39,981 nucleotides of DNA from Anaerolineae bacterium. Its GTDB lineage: Bacteria > Chloroflexota > Anaerolineae > B4-G1 > SLSP01. Below the pieces are notes generated by a model. It had not been told where the DNA came from and ran no database searches. It worked only from the letters and a program-made list of their open reading frames with translations. Shown piece by piece: positions 7,193-15,324 of this stretch. The stretch lies in the NCBI GenBank assembly GCA_018055515.1, contig JAGPHL010000002.1, positions 1 to 39,981 of the forward strand, read 5' to 3'. Positions within the stretch are counted from its first letter, which is position 1; each line of letters starts with the position of its first letter. Position numbers and translations under genes: made by a program.

Positions 7193-9404
7193 CTCCAGCC
7201 CTCCGGTACGACGCCTCGGCGTGCGAGCCGTCGGCTTGCTGATGGCGCTGGCCCTGCTGCTGTCCGTTTCCACAGCGACCTCCGCGCGCAGGCGGGCCGA
7301 CGCCCCCACCCTCGACATCACGCTGCCCTGGGAGGGCGCGGTACGCTTCCCCGGTTGGACCGAGGTGCAGGTGACCCTCACCGCCGCGAAGACCCCCTGG
7401 AGCGGCGAATTGCGCCTCGAGGACCGCGGACAGAAGCTCACCTATCGGCGGGCGCTCACTCTTCCCGCCGGCGGCCGGCAATTCCTCCGCCTGCCGCTCT
7501 ACATCCCCGAATTCAGTCACTACACCCTGACGCTGGTCGAGCAGGGGAAAGCGCCCGCCTCCGGCCAACCCCTGCCCTTGCGTGCACTGGACGCGCAGGC
7601 GCGGTTTTGCGTCGCCGTGGACCCGCTGGGCCGCCTGGCGCCGGGAACGATCAATGGCTGTAAGAGCAGTTTGCTGCTCACCGACCTGGGGACATTGCCA
7701 GAAACCGCGATGGCATGGGATAGCGTGGACGTGTTGATCCTGCACGAGGTCGCGACGAGTGCGCTCACCGCCGCGCAACAGGAAGCGCTCTGGGCCTGGG
7801 TCAGCCTTGGCGGACACCTGACCGTAGTGGAAGGGCCAGGAACCGCGCAAACGCTCGCCGGTTTGCCCCGCGCGCTCCAGCAGGCCCTTGCGGCCCTCCC
7901 CGTGGGGATGACGTCCTCCCTTGGCGCGGGGACCCTCTCCCGCGTGCGGGCAGAAAATCCCGCCGCGACAGACTCCACGGCCTGGTTAGGGGACTGGACC
8001 GGGGAGCGCGTCCCGGCCGTCTCATGGTCGAACCTCAGGATTCCCCCTGCACCAGCGGCCGAAGCGCTCATGTCGGTGCCGCAAGCGTCGTTTCCCCGGC
8101 CGGCGCTGCTGTTGGGACTGCTGCCGGCCTACGCCCTCCTCGTCGGCCCGGGCATGTGGTGGCTGGCGCGGCGCCTGCACCGGCCCCGGCTCGTCTGGTT
8201 GCTGACGCCGTTGATGATCGGGGTGGCCGCCCTGAGCATGTGGCTGGGGCTGACCACGATTGTCGGCGGAGTCTTCCCCATCACCCACGAAATCGCCGTG
8301 ATCTTTGGCAATGACAAGGGAGGCCCGGCACGCGTGCTGCAAACGACGGCCATTTTCGCGCCTCGCGCCCGCGTCCTCACCTGGAACACGCAGCTCGCAC
8401 CCCGCCCTTTCGTCGGCTATTTCGATGCGGCAGCCAGCAGCTACTACTTCACCGCCAACCGGCCTTTCCCCGCCGAGGTGCTGTGGGCTGAAGGGACAAG
8501 CCAGATCCAGGCAACGCATCCCCCCGGCCCGCTCAGCTGGGCCGCAGAGGGGCTGATGACGCTGCCCGCTCTCGAAGCACAACTGGCCTTCGACACCGTC
8601 GCCGGCCGCACGGTGTTGCAGGGGACGCTGCGCAGCGAGATCGCTCTGGAAAAAGCGACGCTCATCCTGGGGGATGGGACCCATCGCCTGGCGTTGGCGG
8701 ATAATGTGCCGGCAGGCGTGCGGACTCAAATTTCTGTGCCGCTCCATTGGGTGCAGGAATTCGACCCCAACCTGCCCATCTGCTCCAACCTGAGCGGCGG
8801 GAATTTCTACTTCCCGTCGGCTGCCTTGACGCCGGTCACACCTCCCGAAAAAGGCTCCAACGTCCTCTGCTATCTGGTCGCGACGACCCCCGGCGTCCCC
8901 TACCCCACCCAGAATGCCAGCCAGAAGCGTGTCGAGGAAAGCTGCCTGATCCTCACCCTCCCCTGTCTGGCTTGGGGAAGTGGTCGTATGCCGTTGCTTC
9001 CCGCCCTCAGTTCCGAGAATCGGGGTTATGGCTGGCTGGATCCGACGGGAGGCGTCGCGCTGGCCAGCACCATGCCGGTGACGCTGATCTACACGCCGCT
9101 ATACTCAGGCACAGGCAACGACGCCTTCTCTGCACAAAGGCTTATCCTCAGCCTTGAGAAAGGAGGGGCGCTGCCGTCCTTCAGCCTGAAAATCTGGAGT
9201 TGGACCACGGAAGAGTGGATATCACAGCCGCCGCCTACGTCCACGGCGCCGCTGATTCTGGAAGGCGAGCTGGCCCGTCAGGTCTACGATCCCCGACAAG
9301 GAGTGCGGGTGCGCATCACCCCGGCTACCGAGACCTACTTCACCTTGTATCTCGACGTGAGCGTCGAAATCGCTTCTCAGAAAATAGAGAGCAGTGAGCC
9401 GTGA
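7179..9404 (+). CDS. Large hypothetical secreted/membrane protein
   Basis: The ATG overlaps the rlmI 3' end by 14 nt. It has a signal-like N-terminus (LLMALALLLSVSTATSA) and central TM segments (LLLGLLPAYALLVGPGMWWL, LLTPLMIGVAALSMWLGL). The last 8 codons lie inside repeat copy 2. The start is uncertain (alternative ATG at 7242). Confidence 0.65.
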   Translation: MWPPSSSPPVRRLGVRAVGLLMALALLLSVSTATSARRRADAPTLDITLPWEGAVRFPGWTEVQVTLTAAKTPWSGELRLEDRGQKLTYRRALTLPAGGRQFLRLPLYIPEFSHYTLTLVEQGKAPASGQPLPLRALDAQARFCVAVDPLGRLAPGTINGCKSSLLLTDLGTLPETAMAWDSVDVLILHEVATSALTAAQQEALWAWVSLGGHLTVVEGPGTAQTLAGLPRALQQALAALPVGMTSSLGAGTLSRVRAENPAATDSTAWLGDWTGERVPAVSWSNLRIPPAPAAEALMSVPQASFPRPALLLGLLPAYALLVGPGMWWLARRLHRPRLVWLLTPLMIGVAALSMWLGLTTIVGGVFPITHEIAVIFGNDKGGPARVLQTTAIFAPRARVLTWNTQLAPRPFVGYFDAAASSYYFTANRPFPAEVLWAEGTSQIQATHPPGPLSWAAEGLMTLPALEAQLAFDTVAGRTVLQGTLRSEIALEKATLILGDGTHRLALADNVPAGVRTQISVPLHWVQEFDPNLPICSNLSGGNFYFPSAALTPVTPPEKGSNVLCYLVATTPGVPYPTQNASQKRVEESCLILTLPCLAWGSGRMPLLPALSSENRGYGWLDPTGGVALASTMPVTLIYTPLYSGTGNDAFSAQRLILSLEKGGALPSFSLKIWSWTTEEWISQPPPTSTAPLILEGELARQVYDPRQGVRVRITPATETYFTLYLDVSVEIASQKIESSEP

Positions 9405-9479
9405 GAAGAGAGTCGTCGCAGCCTCCGCTCACGACCACAGCTCACATTTTCATCCGCGGTGGTGTGCCGCAGGAACATG
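9380..9479 (+). repeat. Dispersed intergenic element, copy 2
   Basis: Aligns with 67-175 (GAAAATAGAGAgCAGTGAGccGTGAGAAGAGAGTCGTCGCAGCC...CATCCGCGGTGGTGTGCCGCAGGAACATG). Confidence 0.8.
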
Positions 9480-9544
9480 GCGGCTCCTGGGGAACCAAAG
9501 AGCCGGCCAATTGCTCCAGGCATGTCAGACGATGTAAGTCTTTA

Positions 9545-9553
9545 TGGTATAAT
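9545..9553 (+). promoter_or_regulatory. Extended -10 element (TGgTATAAT) upstream of ychF
   Basis: TGGTATAAT lies 35 nt upstream of the ychF ATG. There is no good -35. Confidence 0.45.
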
Positions 9554-9587
9554 CAGGGCACAGCCCAAAATTTAGACGAGGCACAGC

Positions 9588-10670
9588 ATGAGATTAGGCA
9601 TCATTGGACTTCCCCTGAGCGGCAAAACGACCGTCTTCAATGCGCTGACCCGCAGTGACGTTCCCCCCACTACCGCCACAACCGGCAAGCTGGAAACGCA
9701 TACCGCCATCGTGGACGTGCCCGACGAGCGTGTGGACCGTCTGAGCGCCCTGTTCAAACCCCGCAAGACCATCTACGCCAAAGTCACCTACACCGATTTC
9801 GCCAACCTGGAGCAAGACGTCGGCAAGACCGGCCTCACGGGGCCCTTGCGCAACCAAATCGCCACCACCGACGCCTTCGTGCTGGTCATTCGCGGCTTCG
9901 AGAGCAGCGTCAGCCCTCATCCGCTGGGCAGCATCAACCCCCAACGCGACCTGGATCTGCTGCATAACGACTTCATGCTGGCGGACCTGGTCACCGTCGA
10001 GAATCGCCTCGCCCGAATTGATGAAATGCTGCACAAGGGCGCCCGCAGTGAGGAGCGCACGCGCTATCAGGAAGAACGTCTGCTGTTCGAGCGCCTGCAC
10101 GCGGGCCTCGAAGCCGGACAGCCGCTGCGCGATCTGGCCCTCACCCCCGCCGAAGTGGATAGCCTGGCAGGTTTTGGCCTGTTGAGCCTCAAGCCCACGC
10201 TCGTGCTGCTCAACACCGGCGAGGATCCCTGCGATCCCCACACGGTGCTTCGCTACGCACACCAGCAGACCGCCGTGATGGCGCTCCAGGGGAAGCTGGA
10301 GATGGAGCTGGCGCAGTTGCCCCCCGAAGAAGCCGCCATGTTCATGGAGGAATTCGGCATCCAGGAACTGGGGCTGGATCGGGTCATTCACACCTCCTAC
10401 CGATTGCTGGGATTATGCTCCTTCTTCACCGTAGGCGAAGACGAGGTGCGCGCCTGGACTCTGCGCCAGGGCTCGACAGCGCTCGATGCCGCGGCCGCAA
10501 TCCACACCGATCTGGCGCGCGGCTTCATCCGTGCGGAAGTGATCAGCTACGACGAATTGATCGCTCTTGGCGGCATGGTCGCCGCCCGCAAGGCCGGCAA
10601 AGTGCAGCTCGAGGGCAAAGAATACCTCGTGCGTGATGGCGATATTGTCCACATTCGCTTCTCGCTCTAG
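9588..10670 (+). CDS. ychF: Ribosome-binding ATPase YchF (Obg-family, TGS C-terminus)
   Basis: MRLGIIGLPLSGKTTVFNALT P-loop. The length and C-terminal end (EGKEYLVRDGDIVHIRF) are typical of YchF. Confidence 0.92.
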   Translation: MRLGIIGLPLSGKTTVFNALTRSDVPPTTATTGKLETHTAIVDVPDERVDRLSALFKPRKTIYAKVTYTDFANLEQDVGKTGLTGPLRNQIATTDAFVLVIRGFESSVSPHPLGSINPQRDLDLLHNDFMLADLVTVENRLARIDEMLHKGARSEERTRYQEERLLFERLHAGLEAGQPLRDLALTPAEVDSLAGFGLLSLKPTLVLLNTGEDPCDPHTVLRYAHQQTAVMALQGKLEMELAQLPPEEAAMFMEEFGIQELGLDRVIHTSYRLLGLCSFFTVGEDEVRAWTLRQGSTALDAAAAIHTDLARGFIRAEVISYDELIALGGMVAARKAGKVQLEGKEYLVRDGDIVHIRFSL

Positions 10671-10694
10671 CCGTCGCAGAAGCCGCTGTTCCCT

Positions 10695-10722
10695 GCTCAC
10701 AACTCACCGCTCACGGCTCGCG
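10695..10722 (+). repeat. Four tandem heptamers (GCTCACA ACTCACC GCTCACG GCTCGCG)
   Basis: Read directly. It has the same CTCAC core as the arms of the dispersed element. Confidence 0.55.
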
Positions 10723-10749
10723 TTCCCTGGAAGTAACGAGAATTACGAG

Positions 10750-10755
10750 TATAAT
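10750..10755 (+). promoter_or_regulatory. TATAAT box 6 nt upstream of the kinase ATG (leaderless-type start)
   Basis: gagTATAATtggggtATG. No SD can fit between the box and the ATG. Confidence 0.45.
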
Positions 10756-10761
10756 TGGGGT

Positions 10762-12519
10762 ATGAAAAAAACATACGACGAGCAAGAGCTCAAAATCGAG
10801 TGGCTTTACAGCAACTTGCGCTGGTTCTTTCTGCTGGCGGTAGGCGTCGTCACCACCGCCAGCGCCCTCTCCTCAGACACCGAATTTCCGCCCGCGGTCA
10901 TCAGCCTGCTCGTCGCCGGCGGTATCGCCAACATGCTGGTCACCCTCTTGCTCATCCTGCGGTCGTTTCATGTCTCCATAGCCCCTTTTACCCTGCTCCT
11001 CGACATCACCCTGACGTTGGGCCTCATTGTCACGTCGGGGGGCGCCAACAGCCCCCTGCTTTTCATGTCGCTGATTCCCATCATCACCACCTCCCTGCGC
11101 TACAACTGGTTGGTCAGCCTGGGGATGGCGCTCCTGACGGTGCTCATCTACTGGTGGGGCGCGTGGATCGAAACCGGATTACAGAGCAATGCGTCTTTTC
11201 AAATAATGATTGGAAATGCGGCGCCCTACCTGCTCAACGGGCTGATTCTACTGCTGGCAGGGGGCGGGGTGAGCTACATCGGCACGCGGATTCGCCAGCA
11301 GCTCAACGAGGAGCGCCAACGTCAGGAGCTGGCCGCGCACACCGCCATCGAAGCGGCTCACCAAAAAGTCCGCCTGATCTTCGAGCTCGCCAGCACTCTC
11401 AGCGCCACGCTGAACTACGAGCGCGTGCTCGACGCGGCGTTGGACGTCACACAGGCGGGCCTGGAGGAATTCGTCGGCGCCAACGTGCGCCAGGTCCAGA
11501 TCATTATGCTATTTGGCCTGGATCACAAACTCTACGTCGAAACTTCGCGCGGCTTGACGATGCAGGACAAACGTCTGCGCCTTCCCGGCCATGAGGGCGG
11601 CCTGGCGGAGGCCCTCGAGACGGCCGGCATCGTACTCATCAACGATCCGGGGTCCGACCCGGAATTGGGGCAGTTTGTCGTCATCCACCAATGTCGCCAG
11701 GCAGTCATCGTTCCCCTGCGCGCCGGTTTTGAAAACTACGGCGTCATGGTCATGGCCAATCCCGAAAGCGGCGATTATCCCGAAGATTTCCGCGACTTGC
11801 TGGAGGCCGTCTGCAATCAGGCCGTCATGGCGCTGCAAAACGCCCGGCTCTACCAGAACCTCATGGACGAGAAAGAGCGCCTGGTAATGGTGGAAGAAAA
11901 CGCGCGCAAGAAACTCGCCCGCGACCTGCATGACGGCCCCACGCAGACGATCGCCGCCATTGCGATGCGACTCAACTACGCTCGCATTCTGCTGACCAAA
12001 TCGCCGCAGCAAACGGCGGAAGAATTGCTGCATTTGGAAGACCTGGCGCGACGCACAACCAAGGAAATCCGCCAGATGCTCTTCACCTTACGGCCGCTCA
12101 TCCTGGAGACCCAAGGGCTCGCCGCCGCCCTGGAACACTACGTCGAGAAGATGACGGAGCTCGAGGACCTTGCCATACACCTGGAATTGGAGGCCGGCAT
12201 TGACAATCGCCTGAGCAAAGAGGCGCAAGGGGCACTGTTCTACATCATCGAAGAAGCCATCACCAACGCGCGCAAGCACGCCAACGCCTCGGACCTGTGG
12301 ATACGCCTATTCCGCAAGGGCCTCAGCGTCATCGCCGAGGTGGAAGACAACGGCAAGGGTTTCGACGTGGCAGCCGTCGAGTCGAACTACACGGAACGCA
12401 GCAGCCTCGGTTTGCTCAACCTCTATGAGCGCGCGACGCTCGTCAACGGCAAGACGGTGATTCAGTCCGCGCCCGGCAAAGGCACGAAGGTCATCATCAG
12501 CGTTCCAACACGGGAATAA
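10762..12519 (+). CDS. Sensor histidine kinase (multi-TM N-terminus, GAF, HisKA_3, HATPase_c; NarL/LuxR-partner type)
   Basis: The internal ATG at 10762 avoids overlap with ychF. The H-box LARDLHDGPTQTIAAI is of HisKA_3 type. The N-box IIEEAITNARKHA and a G-box (DNGKGF ... SSLGL) are present. About 6 hydrophobic segments sit at the N-terminus. Confidence 0.87.
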   Translation: MKKTYDEQELKIEWLYSNLRWFFLLAVGVVTTASALSSDTEFPPAVISLLVAGGIANMLVTLLLILRSFHVSIAPFTLLLDITLTLGLIVTSGGANSPLLFMSLIPIITTSLRYNWLVSLGMALLTVLIYWWGAWIETGLQSNASFQIMIGNAAPYLLNGLILLLAGGGVSYIGTRIRQQLNEERQRQELAAHTAIEAAHQKVRLIFELASTLSATLNYERVLDAALDVTQAGLEEFVGANVRQVQIIMLFGLDHKLYVETSRGLTMQDKRLRLPGHEGGLAEALETAGIVLINDPGSDPELGQFVVIHQCRQAVIVPLRAGFENYGVMVMANPESGDYPEDFRDLLEAVCNQAVMALQNARLYQNLMDEKERLVMVEENARKKLARDLHDGPTQTIAAIAMRLNYARILLTKSPQQTAEELLHLEDLARRTTKEIRQMLFTLRPLILETQGLAAALEHYVEKMTELEDLAIHLELEAGIDNRLSKEAQGALFYIIEEAITNARKHANASDLWIRLFRKGLSVIAEVEDNGKGFDVAAVESNYTERSSLGLLNLYERATLVNGKTVIQSAPGKGTKVIISVPTRE

Positions 12520-12521
12520 CC

Positions 12522-13283
12522 TTGAACACCGATCTCGCGCCGTGGGAAGAACGTTGGGTTTGGCTGGGCGGCTCCGTGCTGCTGGCCTGTCTGGTTGCCT
12601 GGACTGGCTGGGCGATTCGCCAGATGGGAGGTGCCCCTCAACGCTGGTATCAGGCGTGGCATCGCTGGCGCGGCCGCCCCTGGATCGAGCAGACAGCGCG
12701 GTTTCTCTACACGATCGGCGTCCCCGCGGCGGCGTTGCTCTGGCGCGGGGTGCTCAAAGAAAGCGCCCTGGGATTACAACCCTTCCCCTGGCAAAGCGAC
12801 GCGCCGCTCACCGCGGCACTTCCCGGCGGTTGGGACAACTGGCTGCGGGACCTGCTGTGGGCACTGGCGCTCGGCGCCGGGATGGCGGTGTTGGTAGCGG
12901 CGACGGTGCGCACCCTCAAACGCGCCGGGGCGTATCGGCTGACCCTGCGACACGATGGCGCTGTGGCGCTGCGTGAGGCGGCGTTCCACGAGACGCATTG
13001 GGCCTTCTACCGTGAGCCTTTCATCCTGCTCTGGGGGATGGAAATCGGCGCGTGGGCCGGGGCATTCCTGGCGTTGCTGGAAGCGGCGGTGAATCCGGCA
13101 TGTTGGGCCAGACTGCGCGATCCCGCCGCCGGTCGTGACCTGGTGCTGCGCCTGGCGCTGGGGATCGCCAGCACCCTGCTCTTTTTGCTGACCCAGAATT
13201 TCTGGTTGACAGTGCTGTTGGACGCCGGCCTGGGCTGGGGGTGGGGGATAGCACACCCACGGCCAGCGTCGCCCGACGCCTGA
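12522..13283 (+). CDS. Hypothetical integral membrane protein
   Basis: TTG start 2 nt after the kinase stop. Several hydrophobic segments are visible. No family was recognised and the start codon is uncertain. Confidence 0.5.
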   Translation: MNTDLAPWEERWVWLGGSVLLACLVAWTGWAIRQMGGAPQRWYQAWHRWRGRPWIEQTARFLYTIGVPAAALLWRGVLKESALGLQPFPWQSDAPLTAALPGGWDNWLRDLLWALALGAGMAVLVAATVRTLKRAGAYRLTLRHDGAVALREAAFHETHWAFYREPFILLWGMEIGAWAGAFLALLEAAVNPACWARLRDPAAGRDLVLRLALGIASTLLFLLTQNFWLTVLLDAGLGWGWGIAHPRPASPDA

Positions 13284-13361
13284 CCCTCGGGGAATCACGA
13301 CCCACAGCACGGCGCGGACAACGGGACTACCCCGTCATCCGCGCCGTCGCCATCACCGCGC

Positions 13362-13538
13362 TCAGACCAGGATGAAAGCCAGCAACACGAGCAAAGCCAG
13401 CATCGCCGCCGCAAGAATGGCAATGCGCTTGAGATCGGTGATCACGTAGCGATACTCCTCCTCCAGACTGGCGGGAGACACCTCCTGCTTCGTCACCCGC
13501 GTGCGAGCACTATTCCCCTGCACCTTTTTCTGCGACAT
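13362..13538 (-). CDS. Small (58 aa) C-terminally anchored membrane protein, below the ORF-track cutoff
   Basis: The ATG at 13538 is preceded by AAAGGAGGAAGAGC. Translation: MSQKKVQGNSARTRVTKQEVSPASLEEEYRYVITDLKRIAILAAAMLALLVLLAFILV. It lies immediately downstream of the sortase gene. Confidence 0.5.
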   Translation of the reverse strand: MSQKKVQGNSARTRVTKQEVSPASLEEEYRYVITDLKRIAILAAAMLALLVLLAFILV

Positions 13539-13579
13539 GCTCTTCCTCCTTTATCGGCGCGAGTCTTCCGCGCCAGAAT

Positions 13580-14512
13580 TCACGGCTCCAAGGATGCGAT
13601 GACGACGATCCGTTGAGTATCCACGCGATAGGGATAGCACGAGATCAACGTCAACACGGGACTGTGGGTCGGCAGCATCACGCTGACGTCGGTCGGCTCG
13701 ATGATGCGCGTTTGCCGTACAACGTAGCGGTAAATCTGCGAGGTCGTGTGGACGAAAATCTCGTCCCCCACCCGCAGCTCCGGCAAGCGCCGGAAAATCT
13801 CCCCATAGATGTCGTTGTGCGCCGAGATCACGCAATTGCCGCGCTCGCCGGGATTGGCGCTGCCAATGTGATGCCCCGCCCCCTTCTTAAGGGACTCCCA
13901 ATCGTCGCCTTCGACGACCGGAGCGTCAACGCCGATAGCCGAAATGACGAGGCGCTGCGCCTGTTCCGGCCCCGGCGTGGGCGGCGGCAGCGGCGTGATT
14001 TCCGCGACGAGATGTTGCAGGTGCGCCGGCACCGCCAGCGGTTGCGACTCGCCGCGCACATCCGGCGGCGTGTGCCCGCCGGGCAGCACGATCACGTTGA
14101 TCACCGGCGTGGGCGTAGGAGTAGGCAGCGCCTGCTGCTGTTGACTCTCGGCGTTCAGCGTGCGGATGGTGAGCAGCAGCTGCCCCACGACGACGGCTAA
14201 CCCCAACAGCGCCAGAATCTCGACCAGCAGCAACAGCCGATCGGCGATCCAGCGCCAGCGAATGTGGTAAGATGGCGGGTTGCTGCGCGATTTAGCCTCT
14301 ACGATCACGCTGCTGTAGCGTCCCGACGAGGCCGACGAGGGTGACGCTGGCGCCGGTGATGGCACGGGCGGCGTAGAAGGTTCAGCCGGGGCCGCCGGCG
14401 GCTCTCCCTGACGCAAGCGCAACCGCTCCAGACGCGCCTCACGTTTTTTCAGGCGGAGGATCTCCTCCAGCTCCTCGATGGAGAGCTCATCAACCGGGCG
14501 CCGATCTTTCAT
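13580..14512 (-). CDS. Sortase-family transpeptidase with a long cytoplasmic coiled/Pro-rich N-terminus and one TM
   Basis: Catalytic signatures are present: VISAHND (His), LTLISCYP (TLxTC Cys) and TQRIVV (Arg). The ATG at 14512 overlaps the stop of the upstream methyltransferase (ATGA). Confidence 0.85.
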   Translation of the reverse strand: MKDRRPVDELSIEELEEILRLKKREARLERLRLRQGEPPAAPAEPSTPPVPSPAPASPSSASSGRYSSVIVEAKSRSNPPSYHIRWRWIADRLLLLVEILALLGLAVVVGQLLLTIRTLNAESQQQQALPTPTPTPVINVIVLPGGHTPPDVRGESQPLAVPAHLQHLVAEITPLPPPTPGPEQAQRLVISAIGVDAPVVEGDDWESLKKGAGHHIGSANPGERGNCVISAHNDIYGEIFRRLPELRVGDEIFVHTTSQIYRYVVRQTRIIEPTDVSVMLPTHSPVLTLISCYPYRVDTQRIVVIASLEP

Positions 14513-15315
14513 TTCTCCCCTACGGCAAAAATCTCGCGCTCGAAGAACCACCGAAACGGCGGCGCGCCGAAAAGGAAATGGCGCAACTCCCCCAACACCG
14601 CCCCTTCACGGCGCTGCTGAGGCGGGCTGCTAAGCCAGACGCGGATGTCGTGGAAGCCCGCTCGCTGCAAGACGCGGCGCAGGCTCAACAACGACTGCTC
14701 GTTGACGTGCACGCGGGCATTTTCCGGCACCAGAAATTCTCTCGGGTTGCGCGGATAGGCCGCCCCCTGCCCCATCAAACGTCGTACCGTGCGCACCACC
14801 GGGTAAGCGTAGCGATCATACCACACGTTGGGCGCGGTGTGCACCACCAACCGGCCCCCCGGTCGCAAGACGCGAAAAGTCTCGGCCACCGCCTGGTCGA
14901 GTTCCGGCGGGTAAAGGTGCTCCACGATGTCGAGCATCAACACACGGTCAAAACCGGCATCGGGAAAAGGCAAATGCTTCGCATCCGCCCGGTAAACGCC
15001 AACCGGATATTGGCCCGCCGGCACGGCATCCCCCACACGGCGGGACATGCGCACGGCGGCAGGCGCATAGTCCACCCCCACAGCGCGCGCTCCCAACGCC
15101 GCGACGTGCCGCAAAATCTCGCCGCGCCCACAACCGACATCCAGAATCGTCATGCCCGGCGCGACCCCAGCCACCCGCCATGCCGCCGCCAGCCGCCGGG
15201 AGAGCTCGGCCCCCTCCGTAGAAGTGAACTCGGCGTAGCCCTCACAGGCATGGAGGAAATAAGCCTCGTCGTACAGTTCCGGCGCCACACCCGTCGTCCG
15301 CGCGTCTTTCTTCAT
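14509..15315 (-). CDS. Class I SAM-dependent methyltransferase
   Basis: Motif I ILDVGCGRGE, and later VLRPGGRLVV. Confidence 0.85.
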   Translation of the reverse strand: MKKDARTTGVAPELYDEAYFLHACEGYAEFTSTEGAELSRRLAAAWRVAGVAPGMTILDVGCGRGEILRHVAALGARAVGVDYAPAAVRMSRRVGDAVPAGQYPVGVYRADAKHLPFPDAGFDRVLMLDIVEHLYPPELDQAVAETFRVLRPGGRLVVHTAPNVWYDRYAYPVVRTVRRLMGQGAAYPRNPREFLVPENARVHVNEQSLLSLRRVLQRAGFHDIRVWLSSPPQQRREGAVLGELRHFLFGAPPFRWFFEREIFAVGEK

Positions 15316-15324
15316 GCAGTGGCC

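Noticed and set aside
10567-10761. The upstream extension of the histidine-kinase ORF (track start 10567). Similar N-terminal extensions occur at 5093, 15325-16815, 18505, 21831-22877, 24392, 26592, 33253, 35945 and 36632.
   Set aside because: The extensions overlap upstream genes or promoter elements and encode Arg/Ser-rich low-complexity sequence. Internal ATGs with an SD or -10 context give N-termini typical of the families.
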